Below are positions 25,285-40,200 of a stretch of 64,000 nt of DNA, one piece after another. The stretch is from Macrostomum hystrix. Its lineage: Eukaryota > Animalia > Platyhelminthes. The position numbers and the translations under genes were made by a program. Within the stretch, counting starts at the first letter, position 1, and every line of letters starts with the position of its first letter. The stretch covers positions 4,340,001-4,404,000 of the forward strand of contig CATNEN010000038.1 of the NCBI GenBank assembly GCA_950097015.1. Direction: 5' to 3'. A model generated the notes under the pieces. It searched no databases and was not told where the DNA came from. It worked only from the letters and a program-made list of their open reading frames with translations.

Positions 25285-28200
25285 ATGTCAAATATTTTAA
25301 ACCTAGTAAATCACAGGACAGTTGCTTTAGCCAGCCTTGGCGCTTGTGCATCTATTGCTGCCGCCTACATATATTCGCGCGCGTCATGGTCTCTTAGTAA
25401 AATTGAAGGTAAGTTAGCAGTTTGCTTTTTTGCTTTTTTTCATAAAAATTGTCATAGTACGAAATAATTATTTTACATTAATGTCTATGGTCTGTTTGCT
25501 TGAAAACAATAAAACTAAATGCTATTCATAGAAACTAAGAACTACCTCTACATGTACACAGTTAAAAAGAAACCATTTTCAACTACAATAATTTCACTTA
25601 TTATTTTTTTAAAGCTACAATTAAACATAAATATACATGCCATAAATACTTTTTGTGGTTTCTCATATATAGAAATCTCTACAAGCTTAGTATAAAATAT
25701 GAAACGATAATAATCATATTGTTATATTATTCCTATCTGATGAGTTGAAATGGTTTTCTCTTGGTTTTGCTGGGTTTTTTTTAATATGCTGAAGATAGTT
25801 TAAATTATTTACGAGTATGATAAGAAACTTTAGATTTGTGTGGAATTGTAAGCAAAAATTGATTTAAAATGAGAGTAATGGTGTTATTTGGAATGGCTCA
25901 TAAAAAGTAAAAAATATATGAAAGTAAATTTCTCAAAATATGGTGAATTTTTTATAAGCTTTTATCTATGACACAATATTTTGAATGTTCATTTGAATTT
26001 TATCCAAGTTCTAACAAATTACATGTGAATGAATGTATTCTAAAATAATGTTCAGGTTGCATTGTCTGTCTTGCAAAAATCAAATAAGAAAACATATTTA
26101 TGCAATTTGGATAATTGTTAAAATTCATAATTTACTTGGTTGTTAAAGTATATTAGCTTCTGCAAAACTATGGCTTTGTACCAGGCTAGTAGCTATATAT
26201 ACCAAAAAGTCATACATTTGTATTGCATATTATTTATTGTCGAACTAGTACTTTTAACCTTTGATTCTAAATATAATTCTAGTCATATATTGGCGCGGCG
26301 AAAACTCAGGTTTATTTGTCATTTGGGGGATTATTTGCCTCATACTCACCGTTTTCTATCCCCGAGATTTAGATATCGCTTTGAGGATTAATTATGTGAT
26401 TTCCCATCAGCCTTGGCAGATGCTTTTGTTCCTCATTTCCTCTCGTGTTTCGAAAATTCACCTTGGCTATATGAGCCAAACCCTATCCCGCCTTCATTGG
26501 TCAAGGCGCATTTGATTTGCTTTGACGCGCAAATCCTCTCGATAATGCTGTGGCCCTCGTAACACTCAGGAAATGAGCTGGGCATAGATACGCTTTTGTG
26601 AATTAGCTCAAACAGGATACTAAGGATGAGACTAAATGCCGTACATTCACGCGCTTTGAAGCTATAGTGGGATCCATCAATAGATATGCCTAAGCTTCTA
26701 GATCAGGGGTCGGCAACCTTATATACCCCGCGGGCTAAAGAGAGAATCTTAAAGACGACGGCGGGCCGCATGAAGAAAGGGGAGAGATCAGACAGGTGAG
26801 AGATGAGTGAGACAAGTGAGAGATAAGACGGGGGAGATAAGACGCAAGAGAGATGAGACGGGGGGAGATAAGACGCAAGAGAGATGAGACGGGGGAGATA
26901 AGACGCAAGAGAGATGAGACAGGGGAGAGATGAAAAAGGGGAGAGATGAGACAGGGGAGAGATGAGACTGGGGAGAGATAAGACGCAAGAGAGATGAGAC
27001 GGGGGAGATAAGACGCAAGAGAGATGAGACGGGGGGAGATAAGACGCAAGAGAGATGAGACGGGGGAGATAAGACGCAAGAGAGATGAGACAGGGGAGAG
27101 ATGAAAAAGGGGAGAGATGAGACAGGGAGAGATGAGACTGGGGAGAGATAAGACTGGGGAGAGATGGGATAGGGTGTACTGTAGAGTAGGTGTTAGGAGG
27201 AGCTAAGGGCCAGATTTGGGAGCTTTGAGGGCCGCATCTGGCCCGTGGGCCGGAGGTTGCCGACCCCTGTTCTAGATAGTTGGTAATGAAATTCCTTCAT
27301 TATCCATAGATTATTCTCATATTTTATCAAGTATTATACTTTTTATCTACTGAAGCAAGTCGGAATGAGTAGTATGAATTGTTTTTATATTTTTTACTAA
27401 ATGATAGACGACTTTAATATTGATTTCTTCTTTCTACATATGATGTTAACTAAAGAAAACACATGCAAGTAATTCTATAAGTTCGCAACACAAGAAAAAA
27501 TCTAATAAATTAAACAAACAATTTGTTAGAATTTGAGCTAACAAACCGTGAAAAAATGAGAGAAAATCACGTTTTCAGTACGTGTTTTTGCGCAGACAGT
27601 TCCTGACCTATGGCAGTGTAAAAACAAATTAGCATTCTTTGATAATTATGAGTCTCTACTTCCTGGCAACTGTTTTAACCCAGGTGTCGGCCACGCTACG
27701 TACCTCACAGGCCAAATGGAGAATAAATGACTATAAAGAGAATAGAGAACTAACTGTGTAGAGATAAGACAGGGGGAGAGATGAGGTACTGGAGAGATGA
27801 GACACGGGAGAGATGAGGTACTGGAGAGATGAGACACGTGAAAGATGAGACACGTGAGAGATGAGACACGTGACAGATGAGACACGTGAGAGATGAGACA
27901 CGGGAGAGATGAGACACGGGAGAGATGAGACACGGGAGAGATGAGACACGTGAGAGATGAGACACGGGAGAGATGAGACACGGGAGAGATGAGACACGTG
28001 AGAGATGAGACACGGGAGAGATGAGACACGGGAGAGATGAGACGCGGGAGAGATGAGACACGTGAGAGATGAGACACGTGAGAGATGAGACACGTGAGAG
28101 ATGAGACACGGGAGAGATGAGACACGGGAGAGATGAGACACGGGAGAGATGAGACACGGGAGAGATGAGACACGTGAGAGATGAGACACAGGAGAGATGA

Positions 28201-31200
28201 GACACAGGAGAGATGAGACACGGGAGAGATGAGACACGGGAGAGATGAGACACGGGAGAGATGAGACACGTGAGAGATGAGACACGGGAGAGATGAGACA
28301 CGGGAGAGATGAGACACAGGAGAGATGAGACACGGGAGAGATGAGACACAGGAGAGATGAGACACAGGAGAGATAAGACACGTGAGAGATGAGACACAGG
28401 AGAGATGAGACACGGGAGAGATGAGGCACGGGAGAGATGAGACACGGGAGAGATGAGACACAGGAGAGATGAGACACGGGAGAGATGAGACACGGGAGAG
28501 ATGAGACACAGGAGAGATGAGACACGGGAGAGATGAGACACAGGAGAGATGAGACACGTGAGAGATGAGACACAGGAGAGATGAGACACGGGAGAGATGA
28601 GACACAGGAGAGATGAGACACAGGAGAGATGAGACACGTGAGAGATGAGACACAGGAGAGATGAGACACGGGAGAGATGAGACACGGGAGAGATGAGACA
28701 CGGGAGAGATGAGACACGTGAGAGATGAGACACGGGAGAGATGAGACACGGGAGAGATGAGACACAGGAGAGATGAGACACGGGAGAGATGAGACACAGG
28801 AGAGATGAGACACAGGAGAGATGAGACACAGGAGAGATGAGACACGGGAGAGATGAGACACAGGAGAGATGAGACACGGGAGAGATGAGACACGTGAGAG
28901 ATGAGACACAGGAGAGATGAGACACGGGAGAGATGAGACACGGGAGAGATGAGACACGGGAGAGATGAGACACGGGAGAGATGAGACACGGGAGAGATGA
29001 GACACGGGAGAGATGAGACACGGGAGAGATGAGACACGGGAGAGATGAGACACGGGAGAGATGAGACACGGGAGAGATGAGACACAGGAGAGATGAGACA
29101 CAGGAGAGATGAGACACAGGAGAGATGAGACACGGGAGAGATGAGACACGTGAGAGATGAGACACAGGAGAGATGAGACACAGGAGAGATGAGACACAGG
29201 AGAGATGAGACACGGGAGAGATGAGACACGTGAGAGATGAGACACAGGAGAGATGAGACACAGGAGAGATGAGACACGTGAGAGTTGAGACACAGGAGAG
29301 ATGAGACACGGGAGAGATGAGACACGGGAGAGATGAGACACGGGAGAGATGAGACACGTGAGAGATGAGACACGTGAGAGATGAGACACGTGACAGATGA
29401 GACACGGGAGAGATGAGACACGGGAGAGATGAGACACAGGAGAGATGAGACACGGGAGAGATGAGACACGGGAGAGATGAGACACAGGAGAGATGAGACA
29501 CGGGAGAGATGAGACACGGGAGAGATGAGACACGGGAGAGATGAGACACGGGAGAGATGAGACACAGGAGAGATGAGACACGGGAGAGATGAGACACGGG
29601 AGAGATGAGACACGGGAGAGATGAGACACGGGAGAGATGAGACACAGGAGAGATGAGACACGTGAGAGATGAGACACAGGAGACATGAGACACGGGAGAG
29701 ATGAGACGCGGGAGAGATGAGACACAGGAGAGATGAGACACGGGAGAGATGAGACACGGGAGAGATGAGACACAGGAGAGATGAGACACGGGAGAGATGA
29801 GACACGGGAGAGATGAGACTGGGAGAGATGATACACGGGAGAGATGAGACACGTGAGAGATGAGACACGGGAGAGATGAGGTACTGGAGAGATAAGACAC
29901 GGGAGAGATGAGACACGTGACAGATGAGACACGTGAGAGATGAGACACGGGAGAGATGAGACACGGGAGAGATGAGACACGGGAGAGATGAGACACGTGA
30001 GAGATGAGACACGGGAGAGATGAGACACGGGAGAGATGAGACACGTGAGAGATGAGACACGTGAGAGATGAGACACGTGAGAGATGAGACACGGGAGAGA
30101 TGAGACACGGGAGAGATGAGACACAGGAGAGATGAGACACGTGAGAGATGAGACACAGGAGAGATGAGACACGGGAGAGATGAGACACAGGAGAGATGAG
30201 ACACAGGAGAGATGAGACACGTGAGAGATGAGACACAGGAGAGATGAGACACGGGAGAGATGAGACACGGGAGAGATGAGACACAGGAGAGATGAGACAC
30301 GGGAGAGATGAGACACGGGAAAGATGAGACACGGGAGAGATGAGACACGGGAGAGATGAGACACAGGAGAGATGAGACACGGGAGAGATGAGACACGGGA
30401 GAGATGAGACACGGGAGAGATGAGACACGGGAGAGATGAGACACAGGAGAGATGAGACACAGGAGAGATGAGACACGGGAGAGATGAGACACGTGAGAGA
30501 TGAGACACAGGAGAGATGAGACACAGGAGAGATGAGACACGGGAGAGATGAGACACGGGAGAGATGAGACACGGGAGAGATGAGACACGGGAGAGATGAG
30601 ACACAGGAGAGATGAGACACGGGAGAGATGAGACACAGGAGAGATGAGACACGGGAGAGATGAGACACGGGAGAGATGAGACACGGGAGAGATGAGACAC
30701 GGGAGAGATGAGACACAGGAGAGATGAGACACGGGAGAGATGAGACACGGGAGAGATGAGACACAGGAGAGATGAGACGCGGGAGAGATGAGACACAGGA
30801 GAGATGAGACACGGGAGAGATGAGACACGGGAGAGATGAGACACAGGAGAGATGAGACACGGGAGAGATGAGACACGGGAGAGATGAGACTGGGAGAGAT
30901 GAGACACGTGACAGATGAGACACGTGAGAGATGAGACACGGGAGAGATGAGACACGGGAGAGATGAGACACGGGAGAGATGAGACACGGGAGAGATGAGA
31001 CACGGGAGAGATGAGACACGGGAGAGATGAGACACGTGAGAGATGAGACACGGGAGAGATGAGACACGGGAGAGATGAGACGCGGGAGAGATGAGACACG
31101 TGAGAGATGAGACACGTGAGAGATGAGACACGTGAGAGATGAGACACGGGAGAGATGAGACACGGGAGAGATGAGACACGGGAGAGATGAGACACGGGAG

Positions 31201-34200
31201 AGATGAGACACGGGAGAGATGAGACACGTGAGAGATGAGACACGTGAGAGATGAGACACGGGAGAGATGAGACACGGGAGAGATGAGACACGGGAGAGAT
31301 GAGACACAGGAGAGATGAGACACAGGAGAGATGAGACACGGGAGAGATGAGACACGTGAGAGATGAGACACGGGAGAGATGAGACACGGGAGAGATGAGA
31401 CACAGGAGAGATGAGACACGGGAGAGATGAGACACGGGAGAGATGAGACACAGGAGAGATGAGACACGGGAGAGATGAGACACGGGAGAGATGAGACTGG
31501 GAGAGATGATACACGGGAGAGATATAACACGTGAGAGATGAGACACGGGAGAGATGAGGTACTGGAGAGATAAGACACGGGAGAGATGAGACACGTGACA
31601 GATGAGACACGTGAGAGATGAGACACGGGAGAGATGAGACACGGGAGAGATGAGACACGGGAGAGATGAGACACGTGAGAGATGAGACACGGGAGAGATG
31701 AGACACGGGAGAGATGAGACACAGGAGAGATGAGACACGGGAGAGTTGAGACACGGGAGAGATGAGACTGGGAGAGATGATACACGGGAGAGATATAACA
31801 CGTGAGAGATGAGACACGGGAGAGATGAGGTACTGGAGAGATAAGACACGGGAGAGATGAGACACGTGACAGATGAGACACGTGAGAGATGAGACACGGG
31901 AGAGATGAGACACGGGAGAGATGAGACACGGGAGAGATGAGACACGTGAGAGATGAGACACGGGAGAGATGAGACACGGGAGAGATGAGACACGTGAGAG
32001 ATGAGACACGTGAGAGATGAGACACGTGAGAGATGAGACACGGGAGAGATGAGACACGGGAGAGATGAGACACGTGAGAGATGAGACACGTGAGAGATGA
32101 GACACGTGAGAGATGAGACACGGGAGAGATGAGACACGGGAGAGATGAGACACGGGAGAGATGAGACACGGGAGAGATGAGACACGTGAGAGATGAGACA
32201 CGGGAGAGATGAGACACGGGAGAGATGAGACACGGGAGAGATGAGACACGTGAGAGATGAGACACGTGAGAGATGAGACACGTGAGAGATGAGACACGTG
32301 AGAGATGAGACACGGGAGAGATGAGACACGGGAGAGATGAGACACGTGAGAGATGAGACACGGGAGAGATGAGACACAGGAGAGATGAGACACGTGAGAG
32401 ATGAGACACAGGAGAGATGAGACACGGGAGAGATGAGACACGGGAGAGATGAGACACGTGAGAGATGAGACACGTGAGAGATGAGACACGGGAGAGATGA
32501 GACACGGGAGAGATGAGACACGGGAGAGATGAGACACGGGAGAGATGAGACACGTGAGAGATGAGACACAGGAGAGATGAGACACGGGAGAGATGAGACA
32601 CGGGAGAGATGAGACACGGGAGAGATGAGACACGGGAGAGATGAGACACGGGAGAGATGAGACACGGGAGAGATGAGACACGTGAGAGATGAGACACAGG
32701 AGAGATGAGACACGGGAGAGATGAGACACAGGAGAGATGAGACACGGGAGAGATGAGACACGGGAGAGATGAGACACGTGAGAGATGAGACACGGGAGAG
32801 ATGAGACACGGGAGAGATGAGACACGGGAGAGATGAGACACGTGAGAGATGAGACACGTGAGAGATGAGACACGTGAGAGATGAGACACGTGAGAGATGA
32901 GACACGGGAGAGATGAGACACGGGAGAGATGAGACACGTGAGAGATGAGACACGGGAGAGATGAGACACAGGAGAGATGAGACACGTGAGAGATGAGACA
33001 CAGGAGAGATGAGACACGGGAGAGATGAGACACGGGAGAGATGAGACACGTGAGAGATGAGACACGTGAGAGATGAGACACGGGAGAGATGAGACACGGG
33101 AGAGATGAGACACGGGAGAGATGAGACACGGGAGAGATGAGACACGTGAGAGATGAGACACAGGAGAGATGAGACACGGGAGAGATGAGACACGGGAGAG
33201 ATGAGACACGGGAGAGATGAGACACGGGAGAGATGAGACACGGGAGAGATGAGACACGGGAGAGATGAGACACGTGAGAGATGAGACACAGGAGAGATGA
33301 GACACGGGAGAGATGAGACACAGGAGAGATGAGACACGGGAGAGATGAGACACAGGAGAGATGAGACACGTGAGAGATGAGACACAGGAGAGATGAGACA
33401 CGGGAGAGATGAGACACGGGAGAGATGAGACACAGGAGAGATGAGACACGGGAGAGATGAGACACGGGAGAGATGAGACACGTGAGAGATGAGACACAGG
33501 AGAGATGAGACACGGGAGAGATGTGACTGGGAGAGATAGTATGTGTTAGAGCAAGTGTTGGATGTTTCGAGGGCGTACCAGCCCTCGGGGCCGGAAGTTG
33601 CCGACCCCTTGTTTAATATTTTTGATTTTTTAAATATATTTTAACTACTTAAAGTAGTGTCTTAAAAAGTTGTAGAATTTTAAATATATATAAGAATAGC
33701 ATAGAGAATGAAATTTAAGTAGGCCTAAAAAGGAATGAAAAGTGTTAGGCTCAGGTCAATTTCAACTTCTGCCTTTATCTAGTATTTCTGACTAAACGCT
33801 CAGTGATGAACAAGTTGAAAAATCCTGAAAGGCAGGTGACAGTCAAGCATGGCCGTCGCAATTGTCTCGACCCCTGGTGTAGTAGACCCAGTAAACTGCT
33901 TGAAACGCTGCGTACACGATTGGGAAGATAAACCGACTCCAGTAGTCCAGACTGCGCGATTGACTAAGTCTGCAGCGCCTGTGGACTCGCGGTCGGCTGG
34001 TGCTCACGGCTTGTCTGGTCTCCTCTTGGTTGTTGTCATTAGTTACCTCCGGATTCGGGACTTCGACAGCAGTAGTAGCTTTGTCTGAGTGGATGTGAGA
34101 GCAAAGTATAAAATATGATAGGGATCTGAGATTGGTGAATAACCGACTGCTCAAATCTAGGGATCTGAGATTGGTGAATGACCGACTGCTCAAATCTGGG

Positions 34201-37200
34201 GATCTGAGATTGGTGAATGACCGACTGCTCAAATCTAGGGATCTGAGATTGGTGAATGACCGACTGCTCAAATCTAGGGATCTGAGATTGGTGAATGACC
34301 GACTGCTCAAATCTAGGGATCTGAGATTGGTGAATGATCGACTGCTCAAATCTAGGGATCTGAGATTGGTGAATGACCGACTGCTCAAATCTAGGGATCT
34401 GAGATTGGTGAATGATCGACTGCTCAAATCTGGGGATCTGAGATTGGTGAATGACCGACTGCTCAAATCTAGGGATCTGAGATTGGTGAATGACCGACTG
34501 CTCAAATCTAGGGATCTGAGATTGGTGAATGATCGACTGCTCAAATCTAGGGATCTGAGATTGGTGAATGACCGACTGCTCAAATCTAGGGATCTGAGAT
34601 TGGTGAATGATCGACTGCTCAAATCTAGGGATCTGAGATTGGTGAATGACCGACTGCTCAAATCTAGGGATCTGAGATTGGTGAATGACCGACTGCTCAA
34701 ATCTAGGGATCTGAGATTGGTGAATGACCGACTGCTCAAATCTAGGGATCTGAGATTGGTGAATGACCGACTGCTCAAATCTGGGGATCTGAGATTGGTG
34801 AATGACCGACTGCTCAAATCTAGGGATCTGAGATTGGTGAATAACCGACTGCTCAAATCTAGGGATCTGAGATTGGTGAATGACCGACTGCTCAAATCTG
34901 GGGATCTGAGATTGGTGAATGACCGACTGCTCAAATCTAGGGATCTGAGATTGGTGAATGACCGACTGCTCAAATCTAGGGATCTGAGATTGGTGAATGA
35001 CCGACTGCTCAAATCTAGGGATCTGAGATTGGTGAATGACCGACTGCTCAAATCTAGGGATCTGAGATTGGTGAATGACCGACTGCTCAAATCTGGGGAT
35101 CTGAGATTGGTGAATGACCGACTGCTCAAATCTAGGGATCTGAGATTGGTGAATGACCGACTGCTCAAATCTGGGGATTTGAGATTAGTGAATGACCGAC
35201 TGCTCAAATCTAGGGATCTGAGATTGGTGAATGACCGACTGCTCAAATCTAGGGATCTGAGATTGGTGAATGACCGACTGCTCAAATCTAGGGATCTGAG
35301 ATTGGTGAATGACCGACTGCTCAAATCTAGGGATCTGAGATTGGTGAATGATCGTCTGCTCAAATCTAGGGATCTGAGATTGGTGAATGACCGACTGCTC
35401 AAATCTAGGGATCTGAGATTGGTGAATGATCGACTGCTCAAATCTAGGGATCTGAGATTGGTGAATGACCGACTGCTCAAATCTGGGGATCTGAGATTGG
35501 TGAATGACCGACTGCTCAAATCTAGGGATCTGAGATTGGTGAATGACCGACTGCTCAAATCTAGGGATCTTAGATTGGTGAATGACCGGCGGCTCAAATC
35601 TGGGAATATCCGGATTCGGGGATCTCTAGTTTACCCTGCAATCGGAGTCGCCCCTGACGCCCTCTGCTGTGGTCATCTCGCTTCTTGTCCTTCTGCGTGG
35701 CCAGGTAGCTGGCTGCAGCGAATTCCATCAGCGCCGCGATGACAAACATCAAGCTGGCCATCATGAACAGGTCGATGGCCTTGGCGTAGCTCACCCGCGG
35801 CATGCCATTCATCTGGGCGCCTGCGTTCTGCGTCACCACGGCCAGCACAGTCAGGAAGGCGATGGTCACCCGGGCCGGGGTGGCCCTGGCGTCGATCCAG
35901 AAGCCGACCCAGCTGATGCATACCATCAGAGTGAATGGCGCGTAGGTGTTCATCAGGTAGAATCCAAAGGCTCTGCGCATGCGGATATTGGCCTGGGGAC
36001 ATTCGGGATCAGTTCGGAATCAGTTCGGGATCAGTTCGGGATCAGTTCGGGATTATTTCGGGATCAGTTCGGGATCAGTTCAGGATCAGTTCGGGATTAT
36101 TTCGGGATCAGTTCGGGATCAGTTCAGGATCAGTTCGGGATTATTTCGGGATCAGTTCGGGATCAGTTCAGGATCAGTTCGGGATTATTTCGGGATCAGT
36201 TCGGGATCAGTTCAGGATCAGTTCGGGATCAGACTGAGAAAGCTGCATGTTGGACTAAGAAATGTATATTTTAGTCAGAGAAATCTACCCGTTAGATGTG
36301 CAATCTACCTGTTAGACAAAGCAATCTACCTGTTAGACAAAGCAATCTACCTGTTAGACAAAACAATCTACCTGTTAGACAAAACAATCTACCTGTTAGA
36401 CAAAGCAATCTACCTGTTAGACAGTATTCTTTCCTTAGTCAAGTTCCTTGTTAAGTTAAGCAAACGAACCAAAGGCTTATACTTTTACTCCATTCACAAC
36501 TCCAAGGTCACATAAAAATAGATTTTAGGACACGTCTCATTTTTCTCAGCCTAGTTTTAGCCTCTTAAAAGCGAAAAAATCAATAAGCAATTTTGAGATG
36601 CATCCCGCCTTCACCAAATAATAATGAGTGGAACAAGTGGCCAGCAAGACAATAATGAGCAAATACCATTTTCTTGTAAGAGTATACCTTCTCTCACTCC
36701 AACCTCACAACAGTCACTCGACTTCCCAAATCTCTTAGGTCTTTTTTACTCTGATCCCTAAATCTCCCAGTTTGTCACACTCTAATCCCGAAATCTCCCA
36801 GTCTGTCTCACCAGAATCCCCGAATCTCCCAGTCTGTCTCACCAGAATCCCCGAATCTCCCAGTCTGTCTCACCATAATCCCCAAATCTCCCAGTCTGTC
36901 TCACCATAATCCCCGAATCTCCGAATCTCCCAGTCTGTCTCACCATAATCCCCGAATCTCCCAGTCTGTCTCACCATAATCCCTGAATCCCCCAGTCTGT
37001 CTCATCATAATCCCCGAATCTCCCAGTCTGTCTCACCAGAATCCCCAAATCTCCCAGTCTGTCTCACCAGAATCCCCGAATCTCCCAGTCTGTCTCACCA
37101 TAATCCCCAAATCTCCCAGTCTGTCTCACCATAATCCCTGAATCTCCCAGTCTGTCTCACCATAATCCCCGAATCTCCCAGTCTGTCTCACTATAATCCC

Positions 37201-40200
37201 TAAATATCCCTGTCTGTCTCCATCTGGGGCTCACCCTGAGACACGCGAACTCGCCGGTGACCGAGAAGCTCTTGGTGCAGTTGCGCACGGAGATGCTTGG
37301 CGCCGAGAATTCCGGAATCTGCATGGCGTCCTCCTCGAGAGTCACATTCGTGGTGAACCAGTGAAAGCGGACCTCGCTGACGGAGCTGCCGTAGGCGCCC
37401 ATCTCGATGCGGCAGGTCTGGCAGTCCATGGGGAAATCGCGGAGGTCCATGATGCACCACAGCCGCACCTTCAGCTTCTGTGCGGTCGAGTGGGGATTTC
37501 TTGAATTTCATCCCATCTGGTGTTGCTTCCTTGCCCTGCTTCTCTCTTCCTCTCTCCCTCCCGCCTCCCTCCCACGATAAAGATTAGAAATATCGGCAAA
37601 TTTAAATTAAACGTCTGAGCTTCTTCTTTACCGCGTCAATTCCCAGGATTGGAGGTACTCTCCTCTCTCTCCCTCCTCTCTCCCTTCCTCTCTCCCTTCC
37701 TCTCTCCCTTCCTCTCTGCCTTCCTCTCTGCCTTCCTCTCTCTCTTCCTCTCTCCCTTCCTCTCTCCCTTCCTCTCTCCCTTCCTCTCTCCCTTCTTCTC
37801 TCCCTTCCTCTCTCCCTTCCTCTCTGCCTTCCTCTCCCCCTTCATCTCTCCCTTCCTCTCTCCCTTCCTCTCTCCCTCATCTATGCCTTCCTCTCTCCCT
37901 TCCTCTCTCCCTTATCTCTCCCTTCCTCTCTGCCTTCCTCTCCCCCTTCATCTCTCCCTTCCTCTCACCCTTCCTCTCTCCCTCATCTCTCCCTTCCTAT
38001 CTGCCTTCCTCTCCCCCTTCATCTCTCCCTTCCTCTCACCCTTCCTCTCTCCCTCATCTCTCCCTTCCTCTCTGCCTTCCTCTCCCCCTTCATCTCTCCC
38101 TTCCTCTCTCCCTTCCTCTCTCCCTCATCTCTGCCTTCGTCTCTCCCTTCCTCTCTCCCTTCGTCTCTCCCTTCCTCTCTCCCTTCCTCTCTCCCTTCCT
38201 CTCTCCCTCATCTCTGCCTTCGTCTCTCCCTTCCTCTCTCCCTTCCTCTCTCCCTTCCTCTCTCCCTTCCTCTCTGCCTTCCTCTCCCCCTTCATCTCTC
38301 CCTTCCTCTCTCCCTTCCTCTCTCCCTCATCTCTCCCTTCCTCTCTGCCTTCCTCTCCCCCTTCATCTCTCCCTTCCTCTCTCCCTTCCTCTCTCCCTCA
38401 TCTCTGCCTTCGTCTCTCCCTTCCTCTCTCCCTCATCTCTCCCTTCATCTCTCCCTTCCTCTCTCTTCCTCTTTTTTACGGTTTGTTTGACACAGCCAAT
38501 TATTCGTGGATGTTTAAGTTATCGCAGGCAATCAATAAAGCCCTCGCAGTTAAGACTCCCTTCCTCTCTCCCTTCCTCTCTCCCTCATCTCTCCCTTCCT
38601 CTCTCCCTTCCTCTCTCCCTTCCTCTCTCCCTTCCTCTCTCCCTTCCTCTCTCCCTCATCTCTGCCTTCCTCTCTCCCTTCCTCTCTCCCTTCCTCTCTC
38701 CCTTCCTCTCTCCCTTCCTCTCTCCCTCATCTCTGCCTTCCTCTCTCCCTTCCTCTCTCCCTTCCTCTCTCCCTTCCTCTCTCCCTCATCTCTGCCTTCC
38801 TCTCTCCCTTCCTCTCTCCCTCATCCCTGCCTTCCTCTCTCCCTTCCTCTCTCCCTCATCTCTGCCTTCCTCTCTCCCTTCCTCTCTCCCTCATCTCTGC
38901 CTTCCTCTCTCCCTTCCTCTCTCCCTTCCTCTCTCTCTTACTCTCTCCCTTCCTCTCTCCCTTCCTCTCTCCCTCATCTCTGCCTTCCTCTCTCCCTTCC
39001 TCTCTCCCTCATCCCTGCCTTCCTCTCTCCCTTCCTCTTTCCCTCATCTCTGCCTTCCTCTCTCCCTTCCTCTCTCCCTCATCTCTGCCTTCCTCTCTCC
39101 CTTCCTCTCTCCCTTCCTCTCTCTCTTACTCTCTCCCTTCCTCTCTCTCTTCCTCTTTTTTACTGTTTGTTTGACACAGCCAATTATTCGTGGATGTTTA
39201 AGTTAAGACTCGCAGCTTGCATGTGTGCGAGTCTCTCCTGTCGACTCACCCAAGCGCGGCATACTTTATGTTCTGTAAGCTCGGTATTCTAGCTGAGTTA
39301 TAAAGTGGTTCTTTGAAGGACCTTTTTCAGTCTAAAATGTCTGTCAGGTGGTAGCGAGGCTTTAGCTTCACAATGTCCTCCGAAGGAGGAGTTCAGCACA
39401 TTTTTGTAGTCAATTTCTTGGTGGCTCGAATGCCTAAAATGTCTGCTTGTTTCTTTAACGTCGTTTAGGATAAAATCGCAACAATTTTTTTTCATTTTAA
39501 AACGTCGGCCTTTGAGCAAACAAACGTCCTCTAGTGATTCTATCGAAATTATCCCTTCAGTCAGTTTTTGCTAATCGTGTCTGTTTCTTCAGCTTAAAAC
39601 TATGCATGATATTCTAGCAAAACAGACATTGCTTTAGTTTTAACCCGGGACTTAGGCATAACATATGTATTACTGATAGGTTAACATAACTATTACGAAT
39701 CCTGATTTCAGATTATTTCTCATAATTCTCATCTGTCTCACCATAATCCCCAAATCTCCTAATTAGACTGTTAGACTGTTTGACAATCCTCTCCCCCTCC
39801 GTCTCATCCTCTCCCGCTCCGTCTCATCCTCTCCCGCTCCGTCTCATCCTCTCCCGCTCCGTCTCATCCTCTCCCCTCCGTCTCATCCTCTCCCGCTCCG
39901 TCTCATCCTCTCCCGCTCCGTCTCATCCTCTCCCGCTCCGTCTCATCCTCTCCCCTCCGTCTCATCCTCTCCCGCTCCGTCTCATCCTCTCCCGCTCCGT
40001 CTCATCCTCTCCCCTCCGTCTCATCCTCTCCCCCTCCGTCTTATCCTCTCCCGCTCCGTCTTATCCTCTCCCCCTCCGTCTCATCCTCTCCCCCTCCGTC
40101 TTATCCTCTCCCGCTCCGTCTTATCCTCTCCCCCTCCGTCTCATCCTCTCCCGCTCCGTCTCATCCTCTCCCGCTCCGTCTCATCCTCTCCCGCTCCGTC

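Noticed and set aside
23590-25750. Hammerhead ribozyme cores (CTGATGAG at ~23590 and ~25737)
   Set aside because: No stem II closing onto GAAA and no pairing arms found
27646-33513. Three ~1900-aa ORFs (and similar ORFs at 16854-17720)
   Set aside because: Translation of a stop-free 16-bp satellite in all three frames; not genes
34085-35634. LRR-like FTNLRSLDLSS repeat in frame with the last channel exon
   Set aside because: 39-bp minisatellite between a good donor (35634) and acceptor (34085); an in-frame stop at 35594-35596 blocks read-through; DNA units are near-identical, so the LRR look is likely coincidental
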